DNA of 64,000 nt from Chloroflexota bacterium (GTDB taxonomy: Bacteria; Chloroflexota; Dehalococcoidia; Lucifugimonadales; UBA3495), in contig JAPPCX010000069.1 of the NCBI GenBank assembly GCA_028875655.1, positions 13,268 through 77,267 on the forward strand, in the 5' to 3' direction. The position numbers and the translations under genes were made by a program. The notes under the pieces were generated by a model. That model was not told where the DNA came from. It did not search any database and worked only from the letters and a program-made list of their open reading frames with translations. This document shows, piece by piece, positions 7,005-18,327 of the stretch; the first letter of the stretch is position 1; the number at the start of each line of letters is the position of its first letter.

Positions 7005-7910
7005 TTAACACGCGGTTGCAACCACTGGCGCGCCACTGCCGACGCCTAGCGTTGCGGCAGCACTGCCGTCCACGATCGCGATTTCGAGGCGGCCGTGGCT
7101 GCCGATTAGAGCGCTGAGGCCGTGACCGGGTGGGTCGTGGAAGGTGCGGGACAGGCCGATTATGGTCTGGCCGGCGATGGTTACGGTTACGTTGGGGCTG
7201 CCGGCGGTTGCGCCGATTTGATCCGTCAGGTCGGCGGTGATGTTGGTGACCAGGTTGCCGAAGGCGTCGGCGAAGATGACCTGGCCGCGTATAATGTTTC
7301 CGTTGGGTTGAGGGATGGGTAGAGAGAGGGCAGTGATAGTTGACGTGGATTCGCCGAGAGCGTCCGCGGACGCGCCGGCGGACAGGTGGGCGGCCACGGG
7401 AGCGAACACGTCGCGGCCGTGGAAGGTGGCGCTGACGGGGTGTTGCCAGTAGTCGGGGTTGGTGAGGCGCCAGGCGCGGCAATGGTTGGGAACGGGCGCA
7501 TTCGGGCGAGCAACACTGCTTGCGGAACCAGCGGTGGGTGCGGGCGCAAGGTCGGGTTCCCTGGTGTCGCCGAAGGACGGGACGTACTGGCGGCAGACCA
7601 GGGTGAGGAGGCCATTGTCGGGGGCGACGAACCGGGCATCGGGGGTTTCCAGCAGGATAGCGGCGCGGTCGGTGCCAACGCCGGGATCGACGACGGCGAC
7701 GAAGACGCTGCCAGTGGGGAAATAGCGGCAGGAATCGGCGAGGACGACGGCTCCGTGGCGCACGTCCTGGGGGCCGATGCCGTGGGTGAGGTCGATGACG
7801 TGGGCGGCCGGGTTGATGCCGTGGATGACGCCGCGCATCATGCCGACGTAGGCGTCGGACAGGCCGAAGTCAGTGAGCAGTACGATGGGCGGCGCGGTCA
7901 TGCCGGCCAC
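7005..7910 (-). CDS. SAM hydroxide adenosyltransferase / SAM hydrolase family protein (DUF62, chlorinase/fluorinase-like)
   Basis: N-terminus IVLLTDFGLSDAYVGMMRGVI, plus VAVVDPGVG and TFHGRDVFAPVAAHL motifs. 301 aa. Confidence 0.8.
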   Translation of the reverse strand: MAGMTAPPIVLLTDFGLSDAYVGMMRGVIHGINPAAHVIDLTHGIGPQDVRHGAVVLADSCRYFPTGSVFVAVVDPGVGTDRAAILLETPDARFVAPDNGLLTLVCRQYVPSFGDTREPDLAPAPTAGSASSVARPNAPVPNHCRAWRLTNPDYWQHPVSATFHGRDVFAPVAAHLSAGASADALGESTSTITALSLPIPQPNGNIIRGQVIFADAFGNLVTNITADLTDQIGATAGSPNVTVTIAGQTIIGLSRTFHDPPGHGLSALIGSHGRLEIAIVDGSAAATLGVGSGAPVVATAC

Positions 7911-7920
7911 GAACGACGAG

Positions 7921-8136
7921 CTAGCTTGGGAAGCGCGCGCTGACGGTGGATACGACCAGGAAGATCACGATGAGGACGATGGTGAGCTGGAACAGGGTGC
8001 GCTCCAGGCCGCGGCGCGTGCGGACAGTGTTCTGGGCACTGCCGAACATTCCGCTGCCGGCCTCGCGCACCTGGGACAGGATGATGAGCACCAATACGAT
8101 GGAAGCGATGATCTGGGCGATGTTGAGGAAGGCCAT
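7921..8136 (-). CDS. secG: Preprotein translocase subunit SecG
   Basis: 71 aa with two TM helices and a central GSGMFG motif. Confidence 0.8.
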   Translation of the reverse strand: MAFLNIAQIIASIVLVLIILSQVREAGSGMFGSAQNTVRTRRGLERTLFQLTIVLIVIFLVVSTVSARFPS

Positions 8137-8168
8137 TGTGTGTCTCCGTGACCGTTGATTGTATCACG

Positions 8169-9665
8169 TTAGGGTTTCTGCGCTTCCAGTCCTTCCTGGA
8201 CAAGGCGGAGGGCTAGATCGGGCTGGGCCTGGCCTTTGGTGATGCGCATGACCTGGCCCATGAGGAAACGGGCGGCGTTTTCCTTGCCGTCGAGATAGTC
8301 TGCGACGGCTTTGGGGTTGGTGGCGATAGCCTCGGCGACGGCGGCTTCGATGGCGCCGGTGTCGCTGATCTGGGCGAGACCCTTTTCTTCTACTACGTCG
8401 GCGGCGTTACCGCCGGTGGCGTACATCTCCTCCAACACGGTTTTCGCCAGGGAGGTGGACAGGGTTCCGTCCGCGATGAGGGACAGCAGGTCGGAGAGGC
8501 CGGCCGGCGCGACGGGCGAGTCTGCGATGTCCCGGTGGTCCTGGTTGAGCAGGCGGGAAAGGTCGCCCAGGATCCAGTTGGCGACTTCTTTCGCGGAATC
8601 CTGGTCAGCGTCGGGGTCGCGTGAGGAGCTGCGAAGAGACAGGGCGGCCTCGAAGTAGTCGGCCATGGCGCGGGAGCCGGTGAGCAAGTCGGAGTCGTAT
8701 TCGGACAGACCGTAGTCGGACATGAAACGGGCTTTGCGTTGGGGGGCGAGTTCCGGCAGCGCGGTTTGGAGTTGGGCGACCCAATCGCGGCCGATATTCA
8801 GCGGCGGCAGGTCGGGTTCGGGGAAGTAGCGGTAGTCGTGGGCGTACTCTTTGCTGCGCTGGGAGACGGTGACCTCGCGTTCCTCGACCCAGCCGCGGGT
8901 TTCCTGCACCACCTGGCCGCCGTCCTTGAGGACGCGGCGCTGGCGTTCCACTTCGTACTCCAGGGCCTGGACGACGGAGCGGAAACTGTTCATGTTCTTG
9001 ATTTCGGTGCGGGTGCCGAAGGTGTCGCTGCCCATGGGGCGGATGCTGACGTTGGCGTCGCAGCGGAAATTGCCGTCCTGCATGTTGGCGGTGGACACTC
9101 CGAGGAACTGGACGAGGGAGTGCAGTGAGGTTAGGTACTGGCGGGCTTCCTCGGGTGAGCGCAGGTCGGGCTTGCTGACGACTTCCATGAGAGGGACGCC
9201 GGAACGGTTGACGTCCACGAGGGAGTAGCCGGCGCCGCCGTCGCCGTCGGGGAAGTGCTGCATCTTGGCGACGTCTTCCTCAAGGTGGACGCGCTCGACG
9301 CCGATGCGTCGCCGGTCGTGGCCAATGCCGGGGTCGCCGTTGATTTCCAGGTAGCCGCCCAAGGCCAGTGGGAGGTCGTACTGGGAGATCTGGTAGCCCT
9401 TCATCAGGTCAGGGTAGGGGTAGTTTTTGCGGTCGAACTTGGTGAAGTCGGGGATGTCGCAGTGCAGGGCCAGGCCGGTCATCATGGTGTACTCGACGGC
9501 GCGGCGGTTGATGACGGGGAGCGCGCCGGGCAGGCCGAGGCAGACCGGGCAAGTGCGGGTGTTGGGTTCGGCGTCCTGGTAGTCGGCGGGACAGGCGCAG
9601 AACATCTTGCTGCGGGTGTCGAGCTGGACGTGGACTTCGAGGCCGATGACGGTTTCGTATTGCAT
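8169..9665 (-). CDS. gatB: Asp-tRNA(Asn)/Glu-tRNA(Gln) amidotransferase subunit B
   Basis: Start refined to MQYETVIGLEVHVQLDTRSKMFCAC (ATG at 9665). Full-length GatB-like sequence with a C-terminal YqeY-like tail. Confidence 0.9.
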   Translation of the reverse strand: MQYETVIGLEVHVQLDTRSKMFCACPADYQDAEPNTRTCPVCLGLPGALPVINRRAVEYTMMTGLALHCDIPDFTKFDRKNYPYPDLMKGYQISQYDLPLALGGYLEINGDPGIGHDRRRIGVERVHLEEDVAKMQHFPDGDGGAGYSLVDVNRSGVPLMEVVSKPDLRSPEEARQYLTSLHSLVQFLGVSTANMQDGNFRCDANVSIRPMGSDTFGTRTEIKNMNSFRSVVQALEYEVERQRRVLKDGGQVVQETRGWVEEREVTVSQRSKEYAHDYRYFPEPDLPPLNIGRDWVAQLQTALPELAPQRKARFMSDYGLSEYDSDLLTGSRAMADYFEAALSLRSSSRDPDADQDSAKEVANWILGDLSRLLNQDHRDIADSPVAPAGLSDLLSLIADGTLSTSLAKTVLEEMYATGGNAADVVEEKGLAQISDTGAIEAAVAEAIATNPKAVADYLDGKENAARFLMGQVMRITKGQAQPDLALRLVQEGLEAQKP

Positions 9666-9751
9666 GGACGGCTCCGCTGATTCGGAATTCCGCCAGTCAG
9701 TATAGCAAAGGCGGTTGGCGACGGGTTGGCGCGTAGCCGGAGACAGGGTCG

Positions 9752-9760
9752 TGGTAGAAT
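9752..9760 (+). promoter_or_regulatory. Candidate extended -10 promoter element (TGGTAGAAT)
   Basis: A TGnTAnAAT motif lies 34 nt upstream of the ATG at 9794. The same motif class recurs upstream of four other genes. Confidence 0.35.
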
Positions 9761-9793
9761 CGAGACGGACAGGCTGGAATATGGAGGCTGGAC

Positions 9794-9958
9794 ATGGAGC
9801 TGTTTGAGCCAATCCTTGGAATAACCATGATGGTGATCGGGCTGATTATGGTGCTGGGTGGCATGGGCCTGCTGTTTTACGCGGTATGGACGAGCGGCAA
9901 TAGCCGGTCGCCGGCCGAGCAAGCGGCCAACAGCAATGTTGAGGTAGAACCTTCATGA
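9794..9958 (+). CDS. Small membrane protein (54 aa, 1 TM; below the ORF-track size cutoff)
   Basis: A GGAGG RBS precedes the ATG. Sequence MELFEPILGITMMVIGLIMVLGGMGLLFYAVW... The stop overlaps the next start (ATGA). Confidence 0.45.
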   Translation: MELFEPILGITMMVIGLIMVLGGMGLLFYAVWTSGNSRSPAEQAANSNVEVEPS

Positions 9959-10185
9959 CTGGCTCATTGGCCACTGCTGGCGTCCTTATTGTCCTCTTTG
10001 GTCTGATTATTTTGGGCGGCGGCGTACTGGTGTGGATGGCGCCGGTTCCAGCGGAGGATATGACCCCGGCAAGGGAGATTCTACTCAACATTGCAGACTG
10101 GATGATCAAGGCTTCGGTGGGAGCGATTCTCGGGTTCGCCGGCTCACGTCTTGCAGTCAGAAGAAGCAGCGCGGCAACGGCGTGA
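9955..10185 (+). CDS. Small membrane protein (76 aa, 2 TM)
   Basis: ORF track. The TM segment VLFGLIILGGGVLV is paralogous to that of the preceding mini-ORF. The two are translationally coupled. Confidence 0.5.
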   Translation: MTGSLATAGVLIVLFGLIILGGGVLVWMAPVPAEDMTPAREILLNIADWMIKASVGAILGFAGSRLAVRRSSAATA

Positions 10186-10285
10186 TGAAATACCACCGTT
10201 CGGATTCGGGAACGCTGCAATTGAAGGTGAGGCCGGTCATCATGGTGTACCCGCAATCGGGGTATGCTATTGACGAGTAATCGCC

Positions 10286-13210
10286 ATGACGCAGTCACAG
10301 GCTACAATGACGCCGCAGCAGTTCATTGCCAAGTGGCGGCGCAGCGCCGGCGGGGAAATGGCTGGGGGGCAGGAATGGTTTATCGACGTGTGCCGCATGG
10401 TGGGTCACGGGACGCCCAACGAAGTTGACCCGCGACAGGAGTGGTACACCTTTGAGCGCACGTTGCGTCAGAACACCGGACGACCCGGGCGGGCCGACGT
10501 TTTCAAGCGGGGTTATTTTGCCTGGGAGTTCAAGGGCGCGCACAGTGACCTGGACGCGGCCTACCGCCAACTGCAGCGTTACCGGGAGGCCCTGAATAAT
10601 CCGCCCGTGCTGGTGGTGTCCGACTTTCGCACGATACGGGTGCATACCAACTTCACCAACAAGGTGTCGGTGGTCCATACTATCGGGCTGGACGACCTGC
10701 ACGAGCCGGACGCGCTGGAAATTGTACGCAGCATTTTTCACAACCCGGACGCGCTGGAACCGGAAATCAGTCCTAATGAAGTTACCGAAGAAACGGCGGG
10801 AATTTTCGCTACGATAGCCCGGTTGATGCGAGAGCGGGGAGTTGATTCTCTGGAGGTTGCACGTTTCCTGAACCGGCTGGTGTTCTGCTTTTTTGCGCAA
10901 GACGTAGGTCTTTTGCCGAACCGGGTATTGTCGCAGTTGTGTGAGAACTACCACGATGACCCGGCGGAGTTTGACGCCGGCTTGCGGGATCTGTTCGTCC
11001 AGATGAATGAAGGCGGACGCTTCGGCGTTGAGCGAATCCGTCAATTCAACGGCGACCTGTTCAGAGAGCCGGCCACCGTTTTGATGACGACGGAAGAACT
11101 TGAAAATCTGGCCGAGGCGCCGAAGCGCAATTGGGCGCATATCGAGCCATCAATTTTTGGCACGCTTTTTGAGCGCGCGGTTGATCCTGACAAGCAAGGG
11201 CTGGTGGGTGCGCAGTACACGTCGGAGGAGGATATTCTGTCGGTCGTCAGGCCGGTGATAATCAACCCGCTGCTGGCGGAATGGCACGACGTGGAGAGCA
11301 AGGTGGGCGGCCTGATGCTGCTGGAAGGGCAGCGGGACGAAAAGCAGGCCCGACAACTGCTGCTGAAATTTCAAGGACGGTTGTCATCGCTGCGAGTGCT
11401 GGACCCAGCGTGCGGCAGCGGCAACTTTCTGTACGTGGCGCTGCGTCAGCTGCACGATTTGGAAAAAGCGGTATTGACGCTGGCGGCGGAGTTGGGGTTG
11501 CGCAATTTTCTGCCCGAGGTGTCGCCGGAGCAGTTTTACGGCATCGAAATCGACCCTTACGCCAGCGGCCTGGCCCGCACTGCCCTGTGGATTGGGCATC
11601 TGCAATGGCTAATTGAAAACGGCCACCAGTACAACCGGGAGCCGGTGCTGGGTTCGCTGAATACTATTGAATGCCGCGACGCCTTGATTGAGTTCATCGA
11701 ACCATGGGCCGAGGGCAATGCCCTGCTGGAACCGGATCTGTCCGCATATTCCGCGTACACTGATGAGGACCGCCGTGAACTGCGTGAGCTGGAGGAAGTG
11801 ACCTGGCCGGAGGGCGATGCTCTTTTAGGCGCCCATAACTCCCACCGAGAAGCCCGTTGGCCGACGGTAGATTACATCGTTGGCAACCCTCCTTTCCTGG
11901 GCCATTTCCCCTTCCGTGAGCAATTGGGGGATAGATATGTGAATGCCGTGTATGACCTGTACGGCGACCGGATCCCCAACTCCAGCGACCTGTGTTGCTA
12001 CTGGCTGGAAAAGGCGCGGGCACAGATTGCCGACGGCAAAGCGAAACGGGCCGGGCTGCTGGCGACACAGGCGATACGCTTCCAGTCCAACCGGCCCGTG
12101 CTGGTTAACATCAAAGAGAGCGGCGACATATTCGCCGCGGTTTCCGACCAGGATTGGGTGCTGGACGGCGCCAACGTACACATTTCCATCATTTGCTTTG
12201 ACGATGGCAGCGAGACAACGCGCGTCCTGGACGGCGAGCGGGTGAACAACATTAACGCCGACTTGACTGGCGGGGCCGACGTGACCCAGGCCAGGCATTT
12301 AACAGAGAACGATGACCTCAGTTTTATGGGCGTTACAAAGGTCGGCCCTTTTGAAATTACCGGCGAGGTTGCCCAAGAAATGCTGCGCCAGCCTAATGTT
12401 CACGGCAAGCCTAACAGCGACGTGATCAAGCGCTGGCTTATCGGAAGGGATATTAACCAAGTATCCCGCGATATGTGGATAATTGATTTTGGCGTAGATA
12501 TGTCCGAGGGTGACGCCGCGCTGTATGAAGCTCCTTTCGAGTATGTAGTGGCTAACGTAAAGCCTGAAAGATTGCAGAACAACAGGCGTCGCTATGCCGA
12601 ATTATGGTGGATACATGCTGAAGCGCGTCCCGGTATGCGACAGGCGTTGAACGGCTTGGAACGTTACATCGGCACCAGCATGGTATCCCGTCACCGGATG
12701 TTTGCGTGGATTGACGGCGACGTGCTGCCGGACGCCACCATCATCGTGTTCGCCAGCGACGATGATTACTTCTTCGGTGTGCTGCAAAGCCGGATACATA
12801 CGCTTTGGGCTGAGGCTTCAGGAACGCAGTTGCGTGAATCTCAAAGCGGGCTGCGCTACACACCCACCACGTGCTTTGAGACATTCCCGTTTCCGGAGCC
12901 TACGGATGAACAGCGGGAGGCCATCGGCACCGCGGCCGCCGAGCTGAACCGGCTGCGGGAGAACTGGCGTAACCCCACCGATATGTTCGGCAATCCCGCT
13001 CTCAACGCAGATCAGCTGCGCCGCCGCACCCTCACCAACCTGTACAACGAATACCCCACCTGGCTGGCCCACGCCCACGCCACGCTGGACGCGGCGGTGG
13101 CGGCGGCATACGGCTGGCCGGCGGATCTGGCGGACGGCGAGGTATTGGAGCGGTTATTGGAGTTGAATTTGGAGCGGGCGGGCGCTGTGACAATGGCATC
13201 GGACGTATAA
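10286..13210 (+). CDS. MmeI-family Type IIL restriction-modification enzyme (fused endonuclease plus N6-adenine methyltransferase plus TRD)
   Basis: The N-terminal GRADVFKRGYFAWEFKG carries D-X9-E-X-K spaced as in MmeI, followed by DLDAAYRQLQRY. SAM motif I is LDPACGSGNFL and catalytic motif IV is GNPPF. 974 aa. Confidence 0.8.
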   Translation: MTQSQATMTPQQFIAKWRRSAGGEMAGGQEWFIDVCRMVGHGTPNEVDPRQEWYTFERTLRQNTGRPGRADVFKRGYFAWEFKGAHSDLDAAYRQLQRYREALNNPPVLVVSDFRTIRVHTNFTNKVSVVHTIGLDDLHEPDALEIVRSIFHNPDALEPEISPNEVTEETAGIFATIARLMRERGVDSLEVARFLNRLVFCFFAQDVGLLPNRVLSQLCENYHDDPAEFDAGLRDLFVQMNEGGRFGVERIRQFNGDLFREPATVLMTTEELENLAEAPKRNWAHIEPSIFGTLFERAVDPDKQGLVGAQYTSEEDILSVVRPVIINPLLAEWHDVESKVGGLMLLEGQRDEKQARQLLLKFQGRLSSLRVLDPACGSGNFLYVALRQLHDLEKAVLTLAAELGLRNFLPEVSPEQFYGIEIDPYASGLARTALWIGHLQWLIENGHQYNREPVLGSLNTIECRDALIEFIEPWAEGNALLEPDLSAYSAYTDEDRRELRELEEVTWPEGDALLGAHNSHREARWPTVDYIVGNPPFLGHFPFREQLGDRYVNAVYDLYGDRIPNSSDLCCYWLEKARAQIADGKAKRAGLLATQAIRFQSNRPVLVNIKESGDIFAAVSDQDWVLDGANVHISIICFDDGSETTRVLDGERVNNINADLTGGADVTQARHLTENDDLSFMGVTKVGPFEITGEVAQEMLRQPNVHGKPNSDVIKRWLIGRDINQVSRDMWIIDFGVDMSEGDAALYEAPFEYVVANVKPERLQNNRRRYAELWWIHAEARPGMRQALNGLERYIGTSMVSRHRMFAWIDGDVLPDATIIVFASDDDYFFGVLQSRIHTLWAEASGTQLRESQSGLRYTPTTCFETFPFPEPTDEQREAIGTAAAELNRLRENWRNPTDMFGNPALNADQLRRRTLTNLYNEYPTWLAHAHATLDAAVAAAYGWPADLADGEVLERLLELNLERAGAVTMASDV

Positions 13211-13214
13211 ATGA

Positions 13215-13247
13215 GAAGCCCCCCATCCGGATCCGGATGGGGGCTTC
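13215..13247. terminator. Intrinsic terminator hairpin between the convergent RM gene and acs
   Basis: gaagccccccatccgga/tccggatgggggcttc forms a stem of about 16 bp followed by gtttta. Confidence 0.75.
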
Positions 13248-13269
13248 GTTTTATCTATGGATGGACGTC

Positions 13270-15237
<1,968 letters not shown>

Positions 15238-15314
15238 AGCAGTGAACCTCCGGGGCAGGAAATGGCGATGTGATACGCGGAGATATTAGCATATCGCTGT
15301 CGCGCATGGCCGGA

Positions 15315-15323
15315 TGATAAAAT
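15315..15323 (+). promoter_or_regulatory. Candidate extended -10 promoter element (TGATAAAAT)
   Basis: TGnTAnAAT followed by CGG, upstream of the Uma2 gene. Confidence 0.3.
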
Positions 15324-15378
15324 CGGCATACCATCAGTTCACTTGCCCCGAGCGCGATACAACGCGGAGGAACCGCAG

Positions 15379-16074
15379 ATGACGACAACGTTGACGACCG
15401 TAATGCCGCCGGCCCGGCCTTTCAGCGTGGAGGAATGCGCCGCCCTGGCGCAGGCTGGCATCATTGACGCGGGCGAGGAGGCCGACGTGCTGGCGGGCCG
15501 TCATCGCTTCACGGTGGACGAGTTCCTGGCCATGGAGGCGGCCGGCGTTCTGTACAAGTCCGACCGTGTTGAGCTGATCGATGGAGTGATAATCATTATG
15601 CCGCCAATCGGCGATAGCCACGTAAGTGGGTCCAACTGGGGAACCACCTTGTTCGTACCGCCGCTGTTGGGGCGCGCCACCGTGCAGGTGTCCGGGCCAA
15701 TATACCTGAACGATAACACTGCACCGCAGCCCGACATCACGCTAGTGAGATGGAATGCTCCAGGTTCCGGCGTAACCGGACATGCCACGCCGGAGGACGT
15801 GTACCTAGTCATCGAGTTTGCCGACACTTCGCTGGCGTTTGACCAGGGGCCGAAGCTGGCCCGGTACGCCGCCGCGGGCATCCCAGAGGTGTGGGTGGCC
15901 AACCTGCGGGCGCGGGAGGTTACCGCCTACGCGGAGCCGTCGGGCGCCGAGTACGGCAACGTCCGCACGTATCGCGTGGGAGAGAGCATCAGCCCGGGCG
16001 CTTTTCCCGACGTGGCGCTGGCGGTGGCCGATTTTATGCCGCCGGTCGATGAGGAGAGTGGGGAGCCGCTCTAG
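15379..16074 (+). CDS. Uma2-family (DUF820) putative restriction-endonuclease-like protein
   Basis: A GGAGGA RBS precedes the ATG at 15379. Motifs: RVELIDGVIIIMPPIG..H, PDITLV, YLVIEFADTS, AAGIPEVWV. Confidence 0.8.
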   Translation: MTTTLTTVMPPARPFSVEECAALAQAGIIDAGEEADVLAGRHRFTVDEFLAMEAAGVLYKSDRVELIDGVIIIMPPIGDSHVSGSNWGTTLFVPPLLGRATVQVSGPIYLNDNTAPQPDITLVRWNAPGSGVTGHATPEDVYLVIEFADTSLAFDQGPKLARYAAAGIPEVWVANLRAREVTAYAEPSGAEYGNVRTYRVGESISPGAFPDVALAVADFMPPVDEESGEPL

Positions 16075-16158
16075 CTTCCGCAGGCAGCGCACGTAGCGCG
16101 CTTCTGATCAGGTCGTGCGACACGCCGGCAGCGTGGCGATGGCGTACAATCAACCGCC

Positions 16159-17598
16159 ATGCCTGCCGCCGTAGAACCGAGCGCCGTTGTGTCCGCCCGC
16201 ATAACGTGGCGGACGATTGCGTTGGCGTCGGCGTCGGCGCTGGGGATGGTGCTGGCGTCGTTGGACTTTTCGGTGAACGTGGCGTTGCCGGCGATGCGCG
16301 ACGCTTTCGGGACGGACCTGGCGGCGGTGCAGTGGGTGATCGTGGTGTTTATCGCCACGCGGGCGGGGCTGGCGCTGGGAGCGGGGGCGTTTGCCGACCG
16401 GTTCGGGCTGCGGATGGTGTACCTGTTCGGGACGGCAACCTACCTGGTGTCGATGGTGTGCATGTCGTTTTCGCCGACGCTGGAGTCGCTGGTTGGCTTC
16501 CGCGTGCTGCAGGCGTTGGGGACGGGCTGCCTATACAGCACGGCGCCGGCCATCGCTGCGACGGTTTTCCCGGAGCACCGCCGGGGGCTGTCCATGGGGT
16601 TCACGTCGGCGAGCCTGGCGTCGGGGATGGTGATGTCAACGCTGGCGGCGGGGCCGCTGGTGCAGCTGTTCGACTGGCCGGCGGTGTTCTGGGGCCGGAT
16701 TCCGCTGACGGCGCTGGCGTTGGTGATCGGGCTGCTGGCGGTGCCGGGATCAATCAGCGGGGAATCGAGGAGCGCGCCGAGGCAGAAGTTTGACGTGGCG
16801 GGCGCGGTTTTGGTGCTGTCGTTGCTGTGGTGCCTGATGATTGGGCTGCGGCTGGGGCAGTCCGTCGAAGGCGGATGGACCTCGCCATTAGTGTTGGCGT
16901 TGCTGGCGGGGGCGCCGGTGGCCCTGGCGTTGCTGGTGTGGGTGGAACGGCGGGCCGAGTCGCCGGTGCTGCCGGGGGCGCTGGCCAGGCTGAGCGGGTT
17001 CCAGACGGCGACGGGCGCCATGTTCCTGGGCCATTTTTCGCAGTTCGTAATCTGGTTCATCTTCCCGTTCTACATAACCGATTCGTTGGACCGCAGCCCG
17101 GTGACGCTGGGGATACTGTTCGCCGTCATGTCGTCGTGCAACATCCTGTCGTCGCCGGTGGGTGGCTGGCTGTGCGACCGCTGGGGGGTGCGTCCAGTCG
17201 GCTCGGTTGGCCTGGGGCTGACGGCGACGGGTTTGCTGGTAATGTCGGCGCTGGACGACGGGTCGGCGATTTGGCATCCGGCGGGGGCAATTGCCATCGT
17301 GGGCCTGGGCGTGGGCTGGTTCCAGTCGGCGGCCTACGCGCTGATGCTGGGCAGCGTGCCGTCGGCGCGGTTCGGCACGGCGTCGGGCGCGATGTCGCTG
17401 GCCCAGGCGTCGGGCACGGTGCTGTGCGTGGCGATAGTGGGGGCGATATTCGCCGGACTGAGCGATCACTACGAAGCCACGTTGCCGGTCAGCGAGTCGT
17501 TCCTGCTGGCCTACCGGGACGTGTTCCGGATCGGGGCGACCACCGCCGCTTTGGGAGCGATATGGTTCGGGCTGCGGGCGCGACAGCCGGGGCGGTGA
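16159..17598 (+). CDS. MFS transporter, 14-TM DHA2/EmrB-like
   Basis: 479 aa, about 14 hydrophobic segments, and an MFS signature around GAFADRFGLRMV. Confidence 0.8.
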   Translation: MPAAVEPSAVVSARITWRTIALASASALGMVLASLDFSVNVALPAMRDAFGTDLAAVQWVIVVFIATRAGLALGAGAFADRFGLRMVYLFGTATYLVSMVCMSFSPTLESLVGFRVLQALGTGCLYSTAPAIAATVFPEHRRGLSMGFTSASLASGMVMSTLAAGPLVQLFDWPAVFWGRIPLTALALVIGLLAVPGSISGESRSAPRQKFDVAGAVLVLSLLWCLMIGLRLGQSVEGGWTSPLVLALLAGAPVALALLVWVERRAESPVLPGALARLSGFQTATGAMFLGHFSQFVIWFIFPFYITDSLDRSPVTLGILFAVMSSCNILSSPVGGWLCDRWGVRPVGSVGLGLTATGLLVMSALDDGSAIWHPAGAIAIVGLGVGWFQSAAYALMLGSVPSARFGTASGAMSLAQASGTVLCVAIVGAIFAGLSDHYEATLPVSESFLLAYRDVFRIGATTAALGAIWFGLRARQPGR

Positions 17599-17610
17599 CT
17601 ACGTCGCGCG

Positions 17611-17664
17611 CCCTTCGACAGGCTCGGGATGAGCGGGGCTAACGACAGGTTAGGGATGAGCGGG
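17611..17664 (+). repeat. Copy 2 of the dispersed intergenic repeat (CCCTTCGACAGGCTCGGGATGAGCGGG ... CAGGTTAGGGATGAGCGGG)
   Basis: Same bipartite structure as 84-126. Intergenic, between the MFS gene and the FTR-like gene. Confidence 0.6.
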
Positions 17665-17741
17665 TGCTAATGACAAGGGCCGCTCCCGATGAGCGGCCCC
17701 AGTTAGTCGTTAACAGCGCGGGCAGGCCAACGCCGGGGTGG

Positions 17742-18236
<495 letters not shown>

Positions 18237-18318
18237 TTAATGATAATAGGATATGTCAACATCCGCAACGCCGCCGAAACCCAGCGCGCGGGCTTGATGC
18301 CGCCGGAAATGAGGTTAT

Positions 18319-18327
18319 GCTAAAATG
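18319..18327 (+). promoter_or_regulatory. Candidate extended -10 promoter element (TGCTAAAAT) for metG
   Basis: TGnTAnAAT lies 42 nt upstream of the metG start. A GAGGAGG RBS is at about 18355. Confidence 0.35.

Noticed and set aside
10286-13210. Possibility that the large methyltransferase is the PglX subunit of a BREX system, or part of a Type I or Type III system.
   Set aside because: No brxA/B/C, pglZ, brxL, hsdS/hsdR, res or helicase genes flank it; the neighbours are gatB and acs. The N-terminus carries an MmeI-style D-X9-EXK nuclease motif that PglX lacks.
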